DNA of 48,827 bases from Pseudovirgaria hyperparasitica (Eukaryota): NCBI GenBank assembly GCA_010093815.1, contig ML996590.1; one strand, written 5' to 3'. Of this stretch, positions 12,979 to 26,300 are shown piece by piece (within the stretch, counting starts at the first letter, position 1; the number at the start of each line of letters is the position of its first letter). The notes beneath the pieces were generated by a model that worked only from the letters and a program-made list of their open reading frames with translations, made no database searches and had not been told where the DNA came from. Both the position numbers and the translations under genes were made by a program.

Positions 12979-13206
12979 TGTTAGGACTTAGCCTTAGGTA
13001 GGACTCGACCTGCACGTACCTTAGCTAACAGGGTTAGGAGGTGACGTGAAGGGCGGTAAACAGTCACGTGCTAGATAGATCGGCGTCCCTTTGTGTATAT
13101 ACTCTCGGATTCCTACCGAAAGGGTTCGGTAGTAATTCGTTCTGTAATAGAATACACCCCATTATTCCATCTGGCTACACTACTATCTAATAACCCTATT
13201 CTTACA
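12979..13206 (+). repeat. 5' LTR of Gypsy A
   Basis: Near-identical to 20134-20361, differing by transitions. Confidence 0.97.
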
Positions 13207-13240
13207 TTCGAATTACTACCCATATAGTACTATAGTCAAG

Positions 13241-14554
13241 ATGGTCTAACCAGAACTAAGAAGGTCGACACGATCCACTATAGGGACAAGTAACACTGCA
13301 TTAAACAACAGGGATCCTCCACAATCGGCATCAAATCCGGCCGTTCTTGATAGAGAAGTGGAGATATCCGACCGAATCACGGAACTTTCTAATGAGGAAA
13401 TAGTGGATACACTAAGCGACTTCCCACGATAGGAAGCTAGACAACGAGTCGTGGCAGAGCTACACGAGGAATCGCAACCATCAATCGCCGAACTATAGGA
13501 GCATATCGCCAATCAAGCCCGAGAGATATAAATCCTTAAAGAATAGACCGAACGTGCGAAACTCCTTATAAAACGACGAGAACTTAACGAGTCTCTTAAA
13601 AGACTACGCGGAACGACAGTAGGTAGACGACTTCCTACACCAATTCAGGCGGAATCAGTTCACCTACCATTAGAGTTACGACAATCCACCGTACACCCGG
13701 CCGCTTCGTTGCCGATTTACCCTGCTCCTTCCTTAGGTGTGCCGAAACCTAAAGATCCGACCATATTTATAGGGAAGAACCAAAAGGAGTGGAAAGATTG
13801 GAAGAGAGACTGCGAGAAGTACTTCCTCGACAACCCTATGCTCTTTTCTATCGAAGTATAACGTATTTCATTCGGAGAACGTTACTTAGGTTTATAATCC
13901 CACGATCAATAGGATAGACAGAAGGAAGTCAAGCCACTATCGGCGACAACCTAGGAACATTTAGCTATATTTATGCTAAATACCCTCGGAACTAACGGAG
14001 AACGCGAAAGAAAGGCACTATCTAAGTTAAGAAGCGTGGCACAACGACCGAACTAGACACCTACTTAACTACTATAATACCTATAAAACCTCTAGGATAA
14101 TATCCCTACACTATAGGAAAATATTCGCATATTCTAGTTTCGCGAAGCACTACTCCCGTTAATCCGCGAAAGATTAGGAATAGTATTATTAAGTTTTAAC
14201 CATCTACACGAATTAGAGGAGAAAGCTAATAAATACTACCGCATCCTTAAGGAACGCGGCTCTCTAGGTAAAACCGACGAACCCCACACGGGTTAGAAAC
14301 GAGGTCGATCGAATACGTTCGATCAAGAGCAACCTTACCGCGATTAACGCTAGAAGAGCGTAAATCGGGGTAGAAACGCGTCAAGAGGACACCAAAACAA
14401 TCGAGGCGGTGGTTCCCAACGCGGAAAAGGACAAGGCATAGGCTTAAATGTAACGCCTGTCGCAAAACAGCAGGACCATAGCGCACTTTATTACTATAAG
14501 TATAGAGAAAAGGGACATATTTCGCCTAACTACAAGAATCCGAAAAAAGAATAG
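13241..14554 (+). pseudogene. gag: gag of Gypsy A (RIP stop codons)
   Basis: ATG at 13241 is in frame with YYKYREKGHISPNY (de-RIPed CYKCGEKGHISPNC zinc knuckle) and the TAG at 14552-14554. Confidence 0.85.
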
Positions 14555-17500
14555 GCTAGTACGCGAGACCTAACCGCGTTCTTAGCTAAATCACATATAC
14601 TTAGGAGGAGCCGCAGCGCCTTCCGGCGAGTAAAGACCTAATATTACTAAAAGTATCGTTACCCATAGCAAATGGCAATAAAACTATACAGGCCCTCGTG
14701 GACACTAGTGTAGAAGATAACTATATTTCGTCGATTCTCGCTAAGGAGTGTAGATTATCGTACGATCTCGGTAAAGTTAGCCGAACCATCGCAGTTAATG
14801 GATATAAAGTTAGAACTTTGGGTAAAACTACAACGAATTACGAAGTTCATGACTTAAAGACAATAAAACAGTAGATGTCTAATAAATTCATCGTGGCTAA
14901 TATTAGCTAATAGAATATGATTCTAGGGATGCCTTAGCTTAAACGCCTAAACCCAATCCTCGATTTTTAGAAGGAGACATTAACGTTCCGTCGACATCGC
15001 GGTAAATTATACTAGTAAGTCGCAACCATTAGTAAGGAGGCATGGAACCTCGCCGTGCGGACCCGATCGTCGCTAGTCTACCTTATATCCCTATCGATCG
15101 TCGACGAAGACGAAGAGGATAGTAACAATCGGGGCAAAGACACGCTACCCGACGTATATTCGTAGTACACGGATGTGTTTTCGGCAGGGGACGCGTCACT
15201 TCTCCCCGACTATGGGCCGTATAAGCTAAAGATCGAGCTCGAAGAGGGAGTAGACATCTCTTATAGTCCACTTTACCCACTTTTGAGACTAGAACTCGAA
15301 GTTCTTCGTAAATATATCGAAGAATATCTCGGAAGAGGCTAGATACGTCGTAGTACGTTATTAGCCGGCGCACCTATTCTCTTCGTGAAGAAGAAAGACG
15401 GAAGTTTACGTCTATGCGTCGACTATCGAGTACTAAATACGGTGACTAAGAAGAATCGTCACCCATTGCCGTTAGTTAGTGAATCTTTAGACTAATTAAC
15501 GAAGGCAAAGTACTTTACGAAGCTAGATTTGCGAGATGTATATTACCGGCTTCGAATCCGTCGCGGAGATGAGTAGAAAACTACATTTCGGACCAGATAT
15601 GGTCATTTTAAGTACACTATTATACCGTTTAGGCTAACAAATGCGCCAGGAGCGTTCTAAGGATACATTAATACTATACTTATAGGATTACTTAATGTGA
15701 TCTACGTAGTTTACCTCGATAATATACTAATTTACTCCGATAGTATGTAGGATCACGAAGAACACGTGAAATCGGTGCTAAATCGTTTAAGATAGTATAA
15801 ACTCTACGCAAAGTTGTCTAAATGTAAGTTTTACTAATAAGAAGTTAGGTTTCTCGGCTTTATTATAACACACGGCGGCCTCAAAATGGAGCTAGAGCGT
15901 GTTAAGACCATTATGGAATGGCCAGAATCTACTACTATACGTTAAATTAGGACGTTCATAGGTTTCGTGAACTATTATCGTAAATTCATTATAGGTTTCT
16001 TACGAATTACGGCGCCGCTTAATAAACTCATAGAGAATGGCGGTAAAATCCCTATAGGTGGGCGAGCATAGCGTAAAGCTAAGTCGGTCGAGATATAGTT
16101 AACGCCGGAAGCGCGAGATACGTTCCGATCGTTAAAGAATTGCTTTATAACTACGCCGATTCTTAGGCATTTCGATCCCGAGAAGCATATTCAGGTCAAA
16201 ACAGACGCATCTAGATTCGCAATTACTGGAATTATTAGTTAACCGTATAAAGATGCGAAAGACAAGGTATAATAGCACCCGGTCGCCTTCTTTTCCCGTA
16301 AAATGGCGGATATAGAGACGCGTTATGATACGCACGACCAGGAACTACTCGCAATTATTGAGAGTTTCAAGCAATGGCGACATTATTTAGAAGGCTCCGC
16401 ATATTAGATTGAATTATTATCGGATCACGTAAATCTACGTTACTTCATGTCGACCAAGGTCCTTAATCGCCAATAAGTACGTTGGGCTAAGTAGATATTA
16501 ATATTTGACTTTAAAATCTCACACAAAGCTAGAAGAGAGAATAAAGTAGATCCTCTATCACGGCGTGAAGATTACGAGAAATCGTCGTAGAATGACGCAG
16601 ATAGTCGGTGTAATTTAGACTATGCTATACTATAGACACTAAAAGACTAGTTATCTAATAGAGTGCCGGAAGCCAGGACACTTTCGGCGACTCTCTGCGG
16701 GAATTAGAGCGGGCATCAAGTAATCCAAACTAACGTTCAAGAAACAGAGCAAATCCTCGAAGACTTAATTAAATCTACCTAGAATTCCGATGTATTGGCA
16801 AAGAAAGTCATAAGCATGAAGGGAATGGCTATAGAACCGCCGTGGTTATTAAGGTAGGAACGACGATCGGACGCGATCTACTTCCAAGGCCGACTCTACG
16901 TGCCGGAAGGCGGCTTACGAATCGATATTTTAAGGGAATAGCACGATTACGCGTTAGTAGGGCACTTCGGCGTTATAAGGACGGTCGATTTAATCCGAAG
17001 GACGTACGACTGGCCAGGTCTTCATAAATATATGAAAGACTACGTAAAAACGTGTGACGTTTACCAGTATACGAAAGTGTATAGATACTTACCATATGGC
17101 GAATTAAGGCCATTACCTATGCTAAAGGAAGCATGGAAGGAATTGTCGATGGATTTCATCATAGATCTGCCCCTAAGTGAGTATCTTAGGCATGTTTATA
17201 ATAGTTTACTTGTAGTTTTGGATAGATTTACGAAGATGTCACACTACATCCCTATGAGGAAGACGATCCAAGCACCGGATCTTATAGATATACTACTTCG
17301 TAACGTAGTTCGGCTCTATAATATACCAAATGGCATAGTTTCGGATAGAGGTCCGTAGATAACGTCTAAGTTTTAGAAGGATTTCTACTATACACTAGGA
17401 ATTAAGCGGAAACTTAGCACCGCGTTCCACCCATAAACAGATAGGTAGATAGAGCAGTAGAATTAGATAGTTAAGGCGTATTTACGCGCATATTACAACT

Positions 17501-18312
17501 ATAAGCAAGATAACTAGGCAAGGTTAGTCTATGTCGCGGAATTCGCGTATAATAACAGCCGACATGCGTTAACCCACGTAAGTCCGTTCGAAGCAAACTT
17601 CGGTCGAAACCATAAAGCGCAGTTCATGGGAACTTAGTATAAATCAGAGTAGCCTAACGTCAAGGCGACGGAGATTATAATAGAACTGTTCCAAACGCAA
17701 AGAAGCGTTGCAAAGTTATTACAAGATGCTATAGATTATAGCAAATCGCACCATGATAAGGGCAGAAAGCCCATAATCTTTAATATTAGAGATAAAGTTT
17801 TACTAAATAGCAAAAATATTCGTAGTATCAGGCCGAAGAAGAAGCTTAACTACACGATGATAGGTCCATTTAAGGTTACTCGTGTAATCAATGACCAGGC
17901 GTATAAGTTAAAACTCCCTCCTACGTTAAAGATATATAATATATTCCACATTACGCTTCTCGAGCCATTCCATGCCTTATCGTTACTAGATCGTTCCGAA
18001 TAGACATTATATAAAGTAGTTACGTAAGGAGGTGCGGATATCTACGAAGTTAAGTAGATACTAGGCTAATAACGTGCCGAAGATGGCACGTGGCTATATA
18101 AAATTCGTTAGAAAGGGTATAATCCTAACGAAGATACTTGGGAACCCGTAATATACATTAGTAAAGCAGCGATATTAGCGTATAAGTAGCGATTAGCAAA
18201 GGAAGCCGCGGAATCATAGAGAATTATACTAAAGTACGGCGATTCGACGTTTTTTAGTATAGTTCGGCGCCGAGGACGGCCGCCTAAAAGGAAGAAGGTG
18301 AAAGAGATATAG
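14548..18312 (+). pseudogene. pol: pol of Gypsy A in the -1 frame: protease, RT, RNase H, integrase, chromodomain
   Basis: ALVDTS (protease, ~14692), [11 protein letters not shown] (~15398), VYLDN (YLDD, ~15709), TDAS (16201), integrase ORF remnant 17032-17358, chromodomain YEV..IL..YKIR*KGY...DTWEP at 18043-18147. Start, integrase, chromodomain and stop share one frame. Confidence 0.93.
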
Positions 18313-18667
18313 ATCTTTAAAACATTCCAAGGAATTAAGGAACTTCCTTAGAAAGTTTAAACTTAGAACTTTAAAAAATTAACTGAAAAAGAGACTTAGA
18401 AAAATGATTCACTAAGAGAAATGGACATCGAAAATCGGTGCCGATCGGTATAGATCGGTATAGATCACGAAAGAGATTAAAGAAGTTATTATTAAAGAAA
18501 GATGAAATTAAGGAAGCTGAAAGAAAATCCGAAGATCTATACAGATCTATATAAACTCGCACTAATCTATCTAGAAGAAGCAAGATCGCTTTAAAATTAA
18601 AACCAAAAAAACTAAAACGCCAGATAAAAGAGACATGTTAGCACCGATCGGTATAGATCCAAACCGA

Positions 18668-19649
18668 TTAAGTCGGAGCAGGAGTAGAAGTACTAATCAC
18701 CGCGATGGTTACATCTAATTCCTTCCGCTAGTTCTTGTTTAGTATAGTATAGAGCTTCATGACATAAGTCTCTAGCCTTTCGTTCCGACGCTATAAACTC
18801 TATATAGCGCGCCTTATAGCTATAAACTCCTCTATAGAAACCTACGGAGCGGCGGAACCCGGGACGGAGAGGGACGGACCGGCGCGGGCACGCTAAGAAT
18901 TATATAAATCAGCGAAAAGATTTAACGATCGGTATAGAACCATATACCGTTAGTGTAGAAACTTCCAGATCAGAGCTATCTTCCCTAAATTTACAGCTCT
19001 TTAGCACGCGCGAGGAAGGAACCTTGGCCTTTTTACTAGAACCTTTTCTAGGAATTTTAACATCGCCGGTATGTAGAAAGAAGTCCGAAGTGGTAGAGAT
19101 TTTAGCACTGTTATAGAGATTAATACATATTAGTAAGAATCTATGACGATTTAAGAAAAACGATGTTACCTAGTAATCGCGGTAATAACAGCTATAGTAG
19201 ATTCCGATAAACCCTTACGGATCTTATTAGAATCGTACTCCTAGGCGTAACCCTTACCTTAGGTATATAGCTCGTAGAAAGCCTTCTCTAAGGCGTTGCG
19301 ATCGGTGGTACCACGCTCCTTATCGGTAGGGGTCACTAGAGGCCTAGTAGTAATCTATACTAATATAAGTAAATCTACGTAAAGTTCTTTAAACTTGCTT
19401 AAATACCTATAAGCAATAACGCTTCTTAGTTATACAAGTGCCGTATATCATAGATTTAGCACCGCCGTGAGTAATGTATGATAGAAAGCGATAACCACAA
19501 TAATATATAGCTAGATTATTAGAGCCCGGCCTAGGTCGGGGCAGATCGATGGCTTTCGACATATCGGTAACGTATATAAGACAGGGATTATTCGAAGGCG
19601 CCTGTTTCCGCGCCGATTACTTTAGAGTATCGAGATTTCGGGAAACCAT
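18668..19649 (-). pseudogene. Putative antisense accessory ORF in the 3' region of Gypsy A
   Basis: ATG at 19649 (MVSRNLDTLKVIGAETGAF..), a Cys-containing segment (CGYR..GTCITKKRYC) and a helical C-terminal stretch (EEFIAIRRAI*SL*RRNERLETYVMKL) ending TAA at 18668. Internal stops seen are RIP-type. The span is not a multiple of 3, so an intron or indel is needed. Confidence 0.5.
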
Positions 19650-20133
19650 ATTACGATTATTATTAATTTATGCAGATTATTACGAATTATGTTATTACTA
19701 GCTAAGGACGGCACGAAAATTAGTAAATTACGTAAATCGCACTAAATAGTAGTAAATCTATATAAATCTATGTCTATAAGGATCGGGTAATATACCTAAT
19801 AATCTAAAAAACTCTATAAAGAGTTAAGAAGTTTTTTGAAGAAAGGAATATTTCTAAGAAAAGATTTTAATATAGGCAGTACCCGGGCTTACCTAATCAC
19901 ATTACGTGATACGCTAGGCCTAATTAGGTAATCTCACCTATATAAGAAGTTAAGATGGACAAAATCTAGTTTATTAGGAAAACGCTTGTGTGAATCTTAG
20001 ATCGGCGAATATCGGCAAGTATCTAAGACGAAGCGTGGAGAACGACTAAGGTCTTACGAGACTTAGGATAGGGATATAGGGATAGGTGATAATCTAGGTC
20101 GCTAAGGGCAGCTTCCTAGAGGGAAGGGATAAT

Positions 20134-20361
20134 TATTAGGACTTAGCCTTAGGCAGGACTCGACCTATACGTACCTTAGCTAATAGGGTCAGGAGGTGAC
20201 GTGAAGGGCGGTAAACAGTCACGTGCTAGACAGATCGGCGTCCCTTTATGTATATACTCTCGGATTCCTACCGAAAGGGTTCGGTAGTAATTCGTTCTAT
20301 GATAGAATACACCCCATTGTTCCATCTGGCTACACTACTATCCAATAACCCTATTCTTACA
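20134..20361 (+). repeat. 3' LTR of Gypsy A
   Basis: Matches 12979-13206 and is followed by TSD CTTAG. Confidence 0.97.
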
Positions 20362-23300
20362 CTTAGTTAGTTTCTATATTTTAGATAGGTATCTAGCTAT
20401 CTATATTAATATTACTATATAGCCGTTTCTACTGTACTAGTAGGGGTATATCCGGCGTCTACCGGGGTATTACGATACCTAAGGCCGCCATGGTTATTAA
20501 TTAAGGGTAGCCCTTAACTAATAAAAGGGGGTCGGCGTGTTAGCGTTTATTAGATATAGTCTATACTTATATTATCGGAGAGTCTTCGAGCGTATATATA
20601 TAGTATCTCTATACGTCGGTATCGTCGTGTATTATACGCTATACGTACGTATATATGTCGGAGGTTGTTATACTTAGTATACTCTATCGTTTGATGTATG
20701 TAAATCGCTGTTTTACCCCGAATTAACTAGTTTAGTCCGTTAGGGTGTGAGAAGTAAGTTTCTTCTAAGTTATCTTATAAGAGAGTATATATTCTATTCT
20801 AGATTATTCTAGATTATTCTAGATCTTATTAGCTAACTTTAGATCTAGTTACTCTACTCTAGTATATAGTTCTTCTTCTACTAGGCTCTAGTTAATTAGA
20901 TAGCTACTCTAGAGAATAAGGTATCTAACCTCTACTACTATATTATCTATCTAGATTAGTTAGTTTACTCTAAAGAGAAGAATAAGATAAAGAAGTAGCT
21001 CTATAGTTCTATTTACTAGGGTTTCTATATAGTATATATTAGCTCTATCTATCTAGTTTCTATCTATTTTAGTCCTTTTTAGACTATTTAGATATCTATC
21101 TATTAGTTTTCTAGTAATTTAATTCTTAACTTAATAATATTATATATACTCTTATTTATTCTATAACTATTAAATTCTAGGTTCTAATTTCCTTTAAGTT
21201 ACTTAAGTATAGGTATTATATATAAATTAGTTTATCTCTCTAAATTATATTAGAGCACCCGAACTAGTAGCCTAGTGGTTATTAGTTCGGGTACTCTAAC
21301 CTTTTATATTATATATCACGAGTTTAATTCCGTAGTAGGGTACCTTTTTAGTTTCTTAGTTCTATATTCTTCTTATATATAATAGTCTATATAAGTCTAT
21401 TCTAGACTTTTCTATATTATTCTATTATAATATATTATATTATATATCTATAATAGTTATTTATGTTTTCTTTATATTTAGTAACTATATATTACTTAAA
21501 TTATAGAGCTATGTTATAGAGTTTTCCTAGTATATATTTAAGATTTATAATTTAATACTTTATTCTCTATAGTATCTTTCTTCTTTTTATAATAGCTCTA
21601 ATAGTACTAGGTTTATAGTAGTAATGTATTATTCTATAACCTCTATTTATATATAGATATTACGGTACTTAAGATATATACTATAGGTTCCTAGGTATTC
21701 TTATTCTTAGTATAGTTCTTCTAGTAGATTTAATACTTCTAGATACTATTCTTATTAAGTCTATATTTAATAATATAGTCTACTTTATATATATCTAGTC
21801 TATCTTAGAGTATAATAGAGTATAATTATATATTTATATAATTATATATATTAGATTAAAACCTTTTAAGTAATAAGATATAGAATATATTATAGACTTT
21901 TATATCGTTTTCTAGGTTAAGCTTATAGACTCTTATACTAATATAATATTTAATTTAGAAGGAACTAGCTATTTTATAATTAAGCTTTTTATTTACTTAT
22001 AATATTTATATATTATAGATATTAAGAAGGACTTTATCTTTCTTCTTATATATTTAATCTTTAACTAATCTATTATAGTACTTTATATATAACTTATTTA
22101 CTTACTAGATTATTATATAATAGTTATATATAGTTTTAAAGATTTCAATTACTAGTTTCTATATATAGACGTTAATATCTATTATTTGGTTAAACTAGAC
22201 TATATAAGATTTAAAACCTATCCTTAGACTATATTCTAGGTTCGCCTAGAAGAGTATAATATCTATTATACTATAATAACTATTATTATATATAAATTCT
22301 ACTATACTTAGTAGAGAGGCCTAGTTATCTTATTTAAAATTATAGAATATATAAAGATAGGCCTTAAGTATTTAGTTCTATTATTCTATCTAACTATCTA
22401 TTTATAGATAGAATACTATTAATATATTTCTATTTATACTAGCTATTTTATAGAATAATATCTAGAATTTAGATATAAATATACTTCCTTAGTCTATAAT
22501 AATTCTTTTTAGTATACTATAGACCTTAATAATCTTATTCTAGAATACTTATACTAGTTCTTTTAATATAATTATCTTCTATATAGAGATATATCTAGAT
22601 ATCTTTATAAGTCTACCTATAATAATAAGAATTAAATTATAACTTATTCTAAGTATCTTACTTAGAGATAAGTTAACTATAAAATCTATAATAATATCTT
22701 TCTATATAAAGAAAGGGACTAGTAGAGGCTATAAATTCCTATATAGCTTATATCTAGGTATCTTTATTCTTTAATAAATTAGATAAGTAGCTATCTATTC
22801 TTTAATATACTTAGATATATCTTTCTAAAAGTAGTACTAATAAATTAAGCTTAGGGTATATATATATCTAAAATATTCTACTAGGTTAGTATTATAGTAT
22901 TAGCTTACTATATTAAATTATATATTATCTATTAGTATATTATACTTTCTATTATAGTAAAGTAAGCTATCTATAAAGGTCTACTTATAGTCTACTTTAG
23001 TCTATAATAATCTATCTTACTATATTTTATATAACTTTAAAACTATTAGATCTATCTTTTATAAATCTATAATTAATTAGATGAGGTCTACTTAATATAT
23101 ATACTAGATACTATCGCCCTCTCTAATAGCGCTAATAAATAGCTTACTAGAGACTTTAGTACTATATCTTTAGTTACTAGCTTTAGTCTTATAAATTTAA
23201 TTACTAGTATTAGTATTAGTATCTTACTAATTATTAGATAACTTATTATCTAATCTTATTCTTAAGAGTTAGGTCTATAGCTACTCTAGAATTCTATAGC

Positions 23301-26300
23301 TACTATAATTCTAGGCGCCTTCTTTATAGTTAGATCTTCTTAATATTCTATTAGCTAGATTTATACTTCTATATTAATAGTAGATTATATAGTAGAAATT
23401 TATAAGCTACTTAGTCTATTAAACCTATTAATAATTTAAAACTATTATACTTATAAACTCCTTTAAGTTATAGTAATTAGTTAGTAACTTAATATTATAT
23501 ATAGTATCTTTAAGATAATATTACTACTACTTAAATAACTCTACTATTACTAGTAGCTCTTAGTTATAAATAGTATATCTAGTCTTAAAATTATCTATCT
23601 TATATAAGAAGAATATAACTAGATACTATTAGATCTTTTTAGACTCTATTAGTCTAGACTAGAAGAGTATATCTAAGATTATAAATTCTAATATATTAGT
23701 TTTAATATAAATAGATTTAGTTAGATTAAAGTATACTAGTAATAGAGCGGTTATAAATATCTCTTTAATCTTCTTAAAGGATATTCTTTTAACCTCTATT
23801 AATTTAATAGATTATAACTTAATATTATACTATTTCTATCTACTATAGACTATAATAGATAAATTAGTAGTAGTAGTATATATATTAAGTAGTATAGCTA
23901 AATAGAAGAAGTATTTAATAAATTTTTAATAGTAGTTAGTAAAGCTAATAAAGATATATATATCTTAAATAGATTTTAGTTTAGGCTAGTCTATAATAGT
24001 AGTAACTCTATCTCTCTCTATAGTTATACCTTAGTTAATAATAATAAAGCTAAGGAAGTTAATATAGTTCTAATAGAACTTATATTTAGATAGCTTAATA
24101 TATATCTTATACTTTTCTAGTCTATCTAGAACTATATATATATACTAGATATACTTCTTCTTATTATCTAAGAAGATAAGAATATTATCTAGATATATAA
24201 TATATATTATATTAAGTAGATCTACTAGTAAATTATTAATATATACTTAAAAGGTATCTAGCGTGTTAGTTAATCTAAAAGAGACTATAGTATACTTTAA
24301 GTATCTATAATAGATTCTAAAGGCCGTTTTCTATTTATTACCCTTCTTAATATAAAGGCAATAGTAGATATTATATAGATTAAGCTTAGTAAAGATCTTT
24401 ATATATTCTAGTCTATTAATAGACTTAGAGATAAGAGGTAGTAGATAATAATTCTTCTATATAATATTATTTAGACTATAATAGTTAATATATAGATAGA
24501 GGCTTCTATTCTTCTTATTTATAATGAGAATTAGAGCTCTAGCTAGAGATATACTAGGTCTAATCTATTCTTATATAAGGTTCTTTTTAATATATTCTTA
24601 AAGGACTTATAATTTAGATTCTAAAAGAGGGTAGATAGATCTATATAGAGGTTACTAGCTATCTTTAAGATTAATAGTAAGATTAATAGATTAGTATTAA
24701 GGTAATTTAGAGGAATTAATTACTAATATAATATATTAGTATATTTAATACTAATATAGTAGATCTTTATCTACTTTAATACTAAGCTTACTATTTTAGA
24801 TAAGTAAGAGTATATAGATAGTAGAGATTATCTTCTTATAATCTTTCTAGAATTATTTATTAATAATAAGCTATACTAGTTTCTATTAAGATAGGTTTAT
24901 ATACTAGCTAGCTATCTTTTTAAGAAAGTCTAGTTTTAGATTATATTTCTTAAGCTATAGTATATCTAGAATTATATTAAAGGGACTATCTACTATAATA
25001 AAGGTTAAGTAGTAGAGTTTCTATTTTCCTCCGCTATCCTAGATACTATATTTAATAGTATAGGTACTATATAACTTAATAGAACTATTAATACTATAGA
25101 ATTTAGTATCTATTAGAGCTTAGATATTAATATTAAGTTCTTATACTTATTAGATTAATATAATATTAGTAGCTAAACTACTATTAAGTATTATAGTCTA
25201 ATATTATCTATAAGGGACCTTAATAGATCTAGTCTATAGTTTAATATACTATTTAGCGGATTATCTCTCTATTATAGTTACTTCTATAAGTTATAAGGGT
25301 TTCTTATAGACTATTAGTTTTTTATATTCTATACTAGATAGTTAGATATAATATATTCTAGCTACTAGTACTTATAATATATAACTAATTAGTTAGTTAT
25401 ATTAGTACTTAGTAGTTTTACTAAATAGTACTTAGATACTATATAGTCTATTCTACTATAGGTATAGTAAGTAACTTTAGGTTATTTATATAAGTTAGTC
25501 CTTATATCTTAATATATTAATTAGTAGAGAGATCTATAATATAATTCTTATAGTTTTAAATTTAAGGTATAGTAGTAACCTTATAACGTTCTATAAGATC
25601 TATTACTAAATTAGTTTTAGTTAGATAATTTTATATTAGATTAGATTATTAGAGATAGTTATATACTAGCACGGTATTAGTTATTTATTATATACTAGTA
25701 TTACTCTATAAGATTTATAAGAGCTTAGAGATCTATAGAGATTATTATTATAAGATTAAGATAGTTCTTTATATTTAGAGCGAGAGATTATTTAAAGTTA
25801 TTATATTATTAAATTATATAATCTTCTTTAGCTTCTCTCTAAAGAGGCTAAAGATATTTAAGAAGTTATAAGAGTAACTAATTATCTTATTATTAAGTCT
25901 TAAAGATATAGCCCTAGGCCTAGTTATATTATTTAGCTCTATTACTAAAATATTAGAGAAGAAATTTAGTAAATATATTCTAGTTATAGATATTCTTAGA
26001 ATATTTAATTTAGTATACTATCTAACGTTCTAAAGGAATTAGATTAAGATAGTTCTAGATAAATCTAATTTTATGACTATTATTTATAAATAGATAGAAG
26101 AATTAACTATATTAATAAGTATATATATAGAAACTCTTTCTACTTTTACTATTAAAGTAAGGTAGTTTCTTAGATTAGGGTAATTAATATAATAGTAGAC
26201 TAGAATAGACTATTTTAGTTAGTATAGATCTATATATATATAGATTAGTTATTACTAGAACTAAAGTATATAATATAGCTTTAAGTCTTATAGTATATCC

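Larger units (their letters stand above)
12979..20361 (+). mobile_element. Full-length Ty3/Gypsy chromovirus (family A), moderately RIP-mutated
   Basis: 228-bp LTRs at 12979-13206 and 20134-20361 (TG..CA), 5-bp TSD CTTAG at 12974-12978 and 20362-20366, polypurine tract agagggaaggga before the 3' LTR, domain order PR-RT-RH-IN-chromo. Confidence 0.97.
8089..20758 (-). mobile_element. Full-length Tad1-like LINE (~5.3 kb excluding the nested Gypsy), RIP-mutated
   Basis: TSD tctaagttatcttataa at 8072-8088 and 20764-20780; (TAT)n tail at 8089-8107. ORF1 ATG at 20491 with a de-RIPed CX2CX4H knuckle near 12060-12105. ORF2 has endonuclease SDH near 11025 and RT motifs KAPGPDGI (~10310-10330), WRPIALL..LGK (~10110-10147), GIPQGS (~9750-9768) and GYADD (~9665-9680). 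Confidence 0.92.

Noticed and set aside
12304..18583. Short ORFs in the ORF track (12304, 13246, 14247, 15083, 16132, 16842, 18371)
   Set aside because: Antisense or off-frame to LINE or Gypsy genes, or in UTR-like DNA. Only 17032-17358 is a true integrase-frame remnant.
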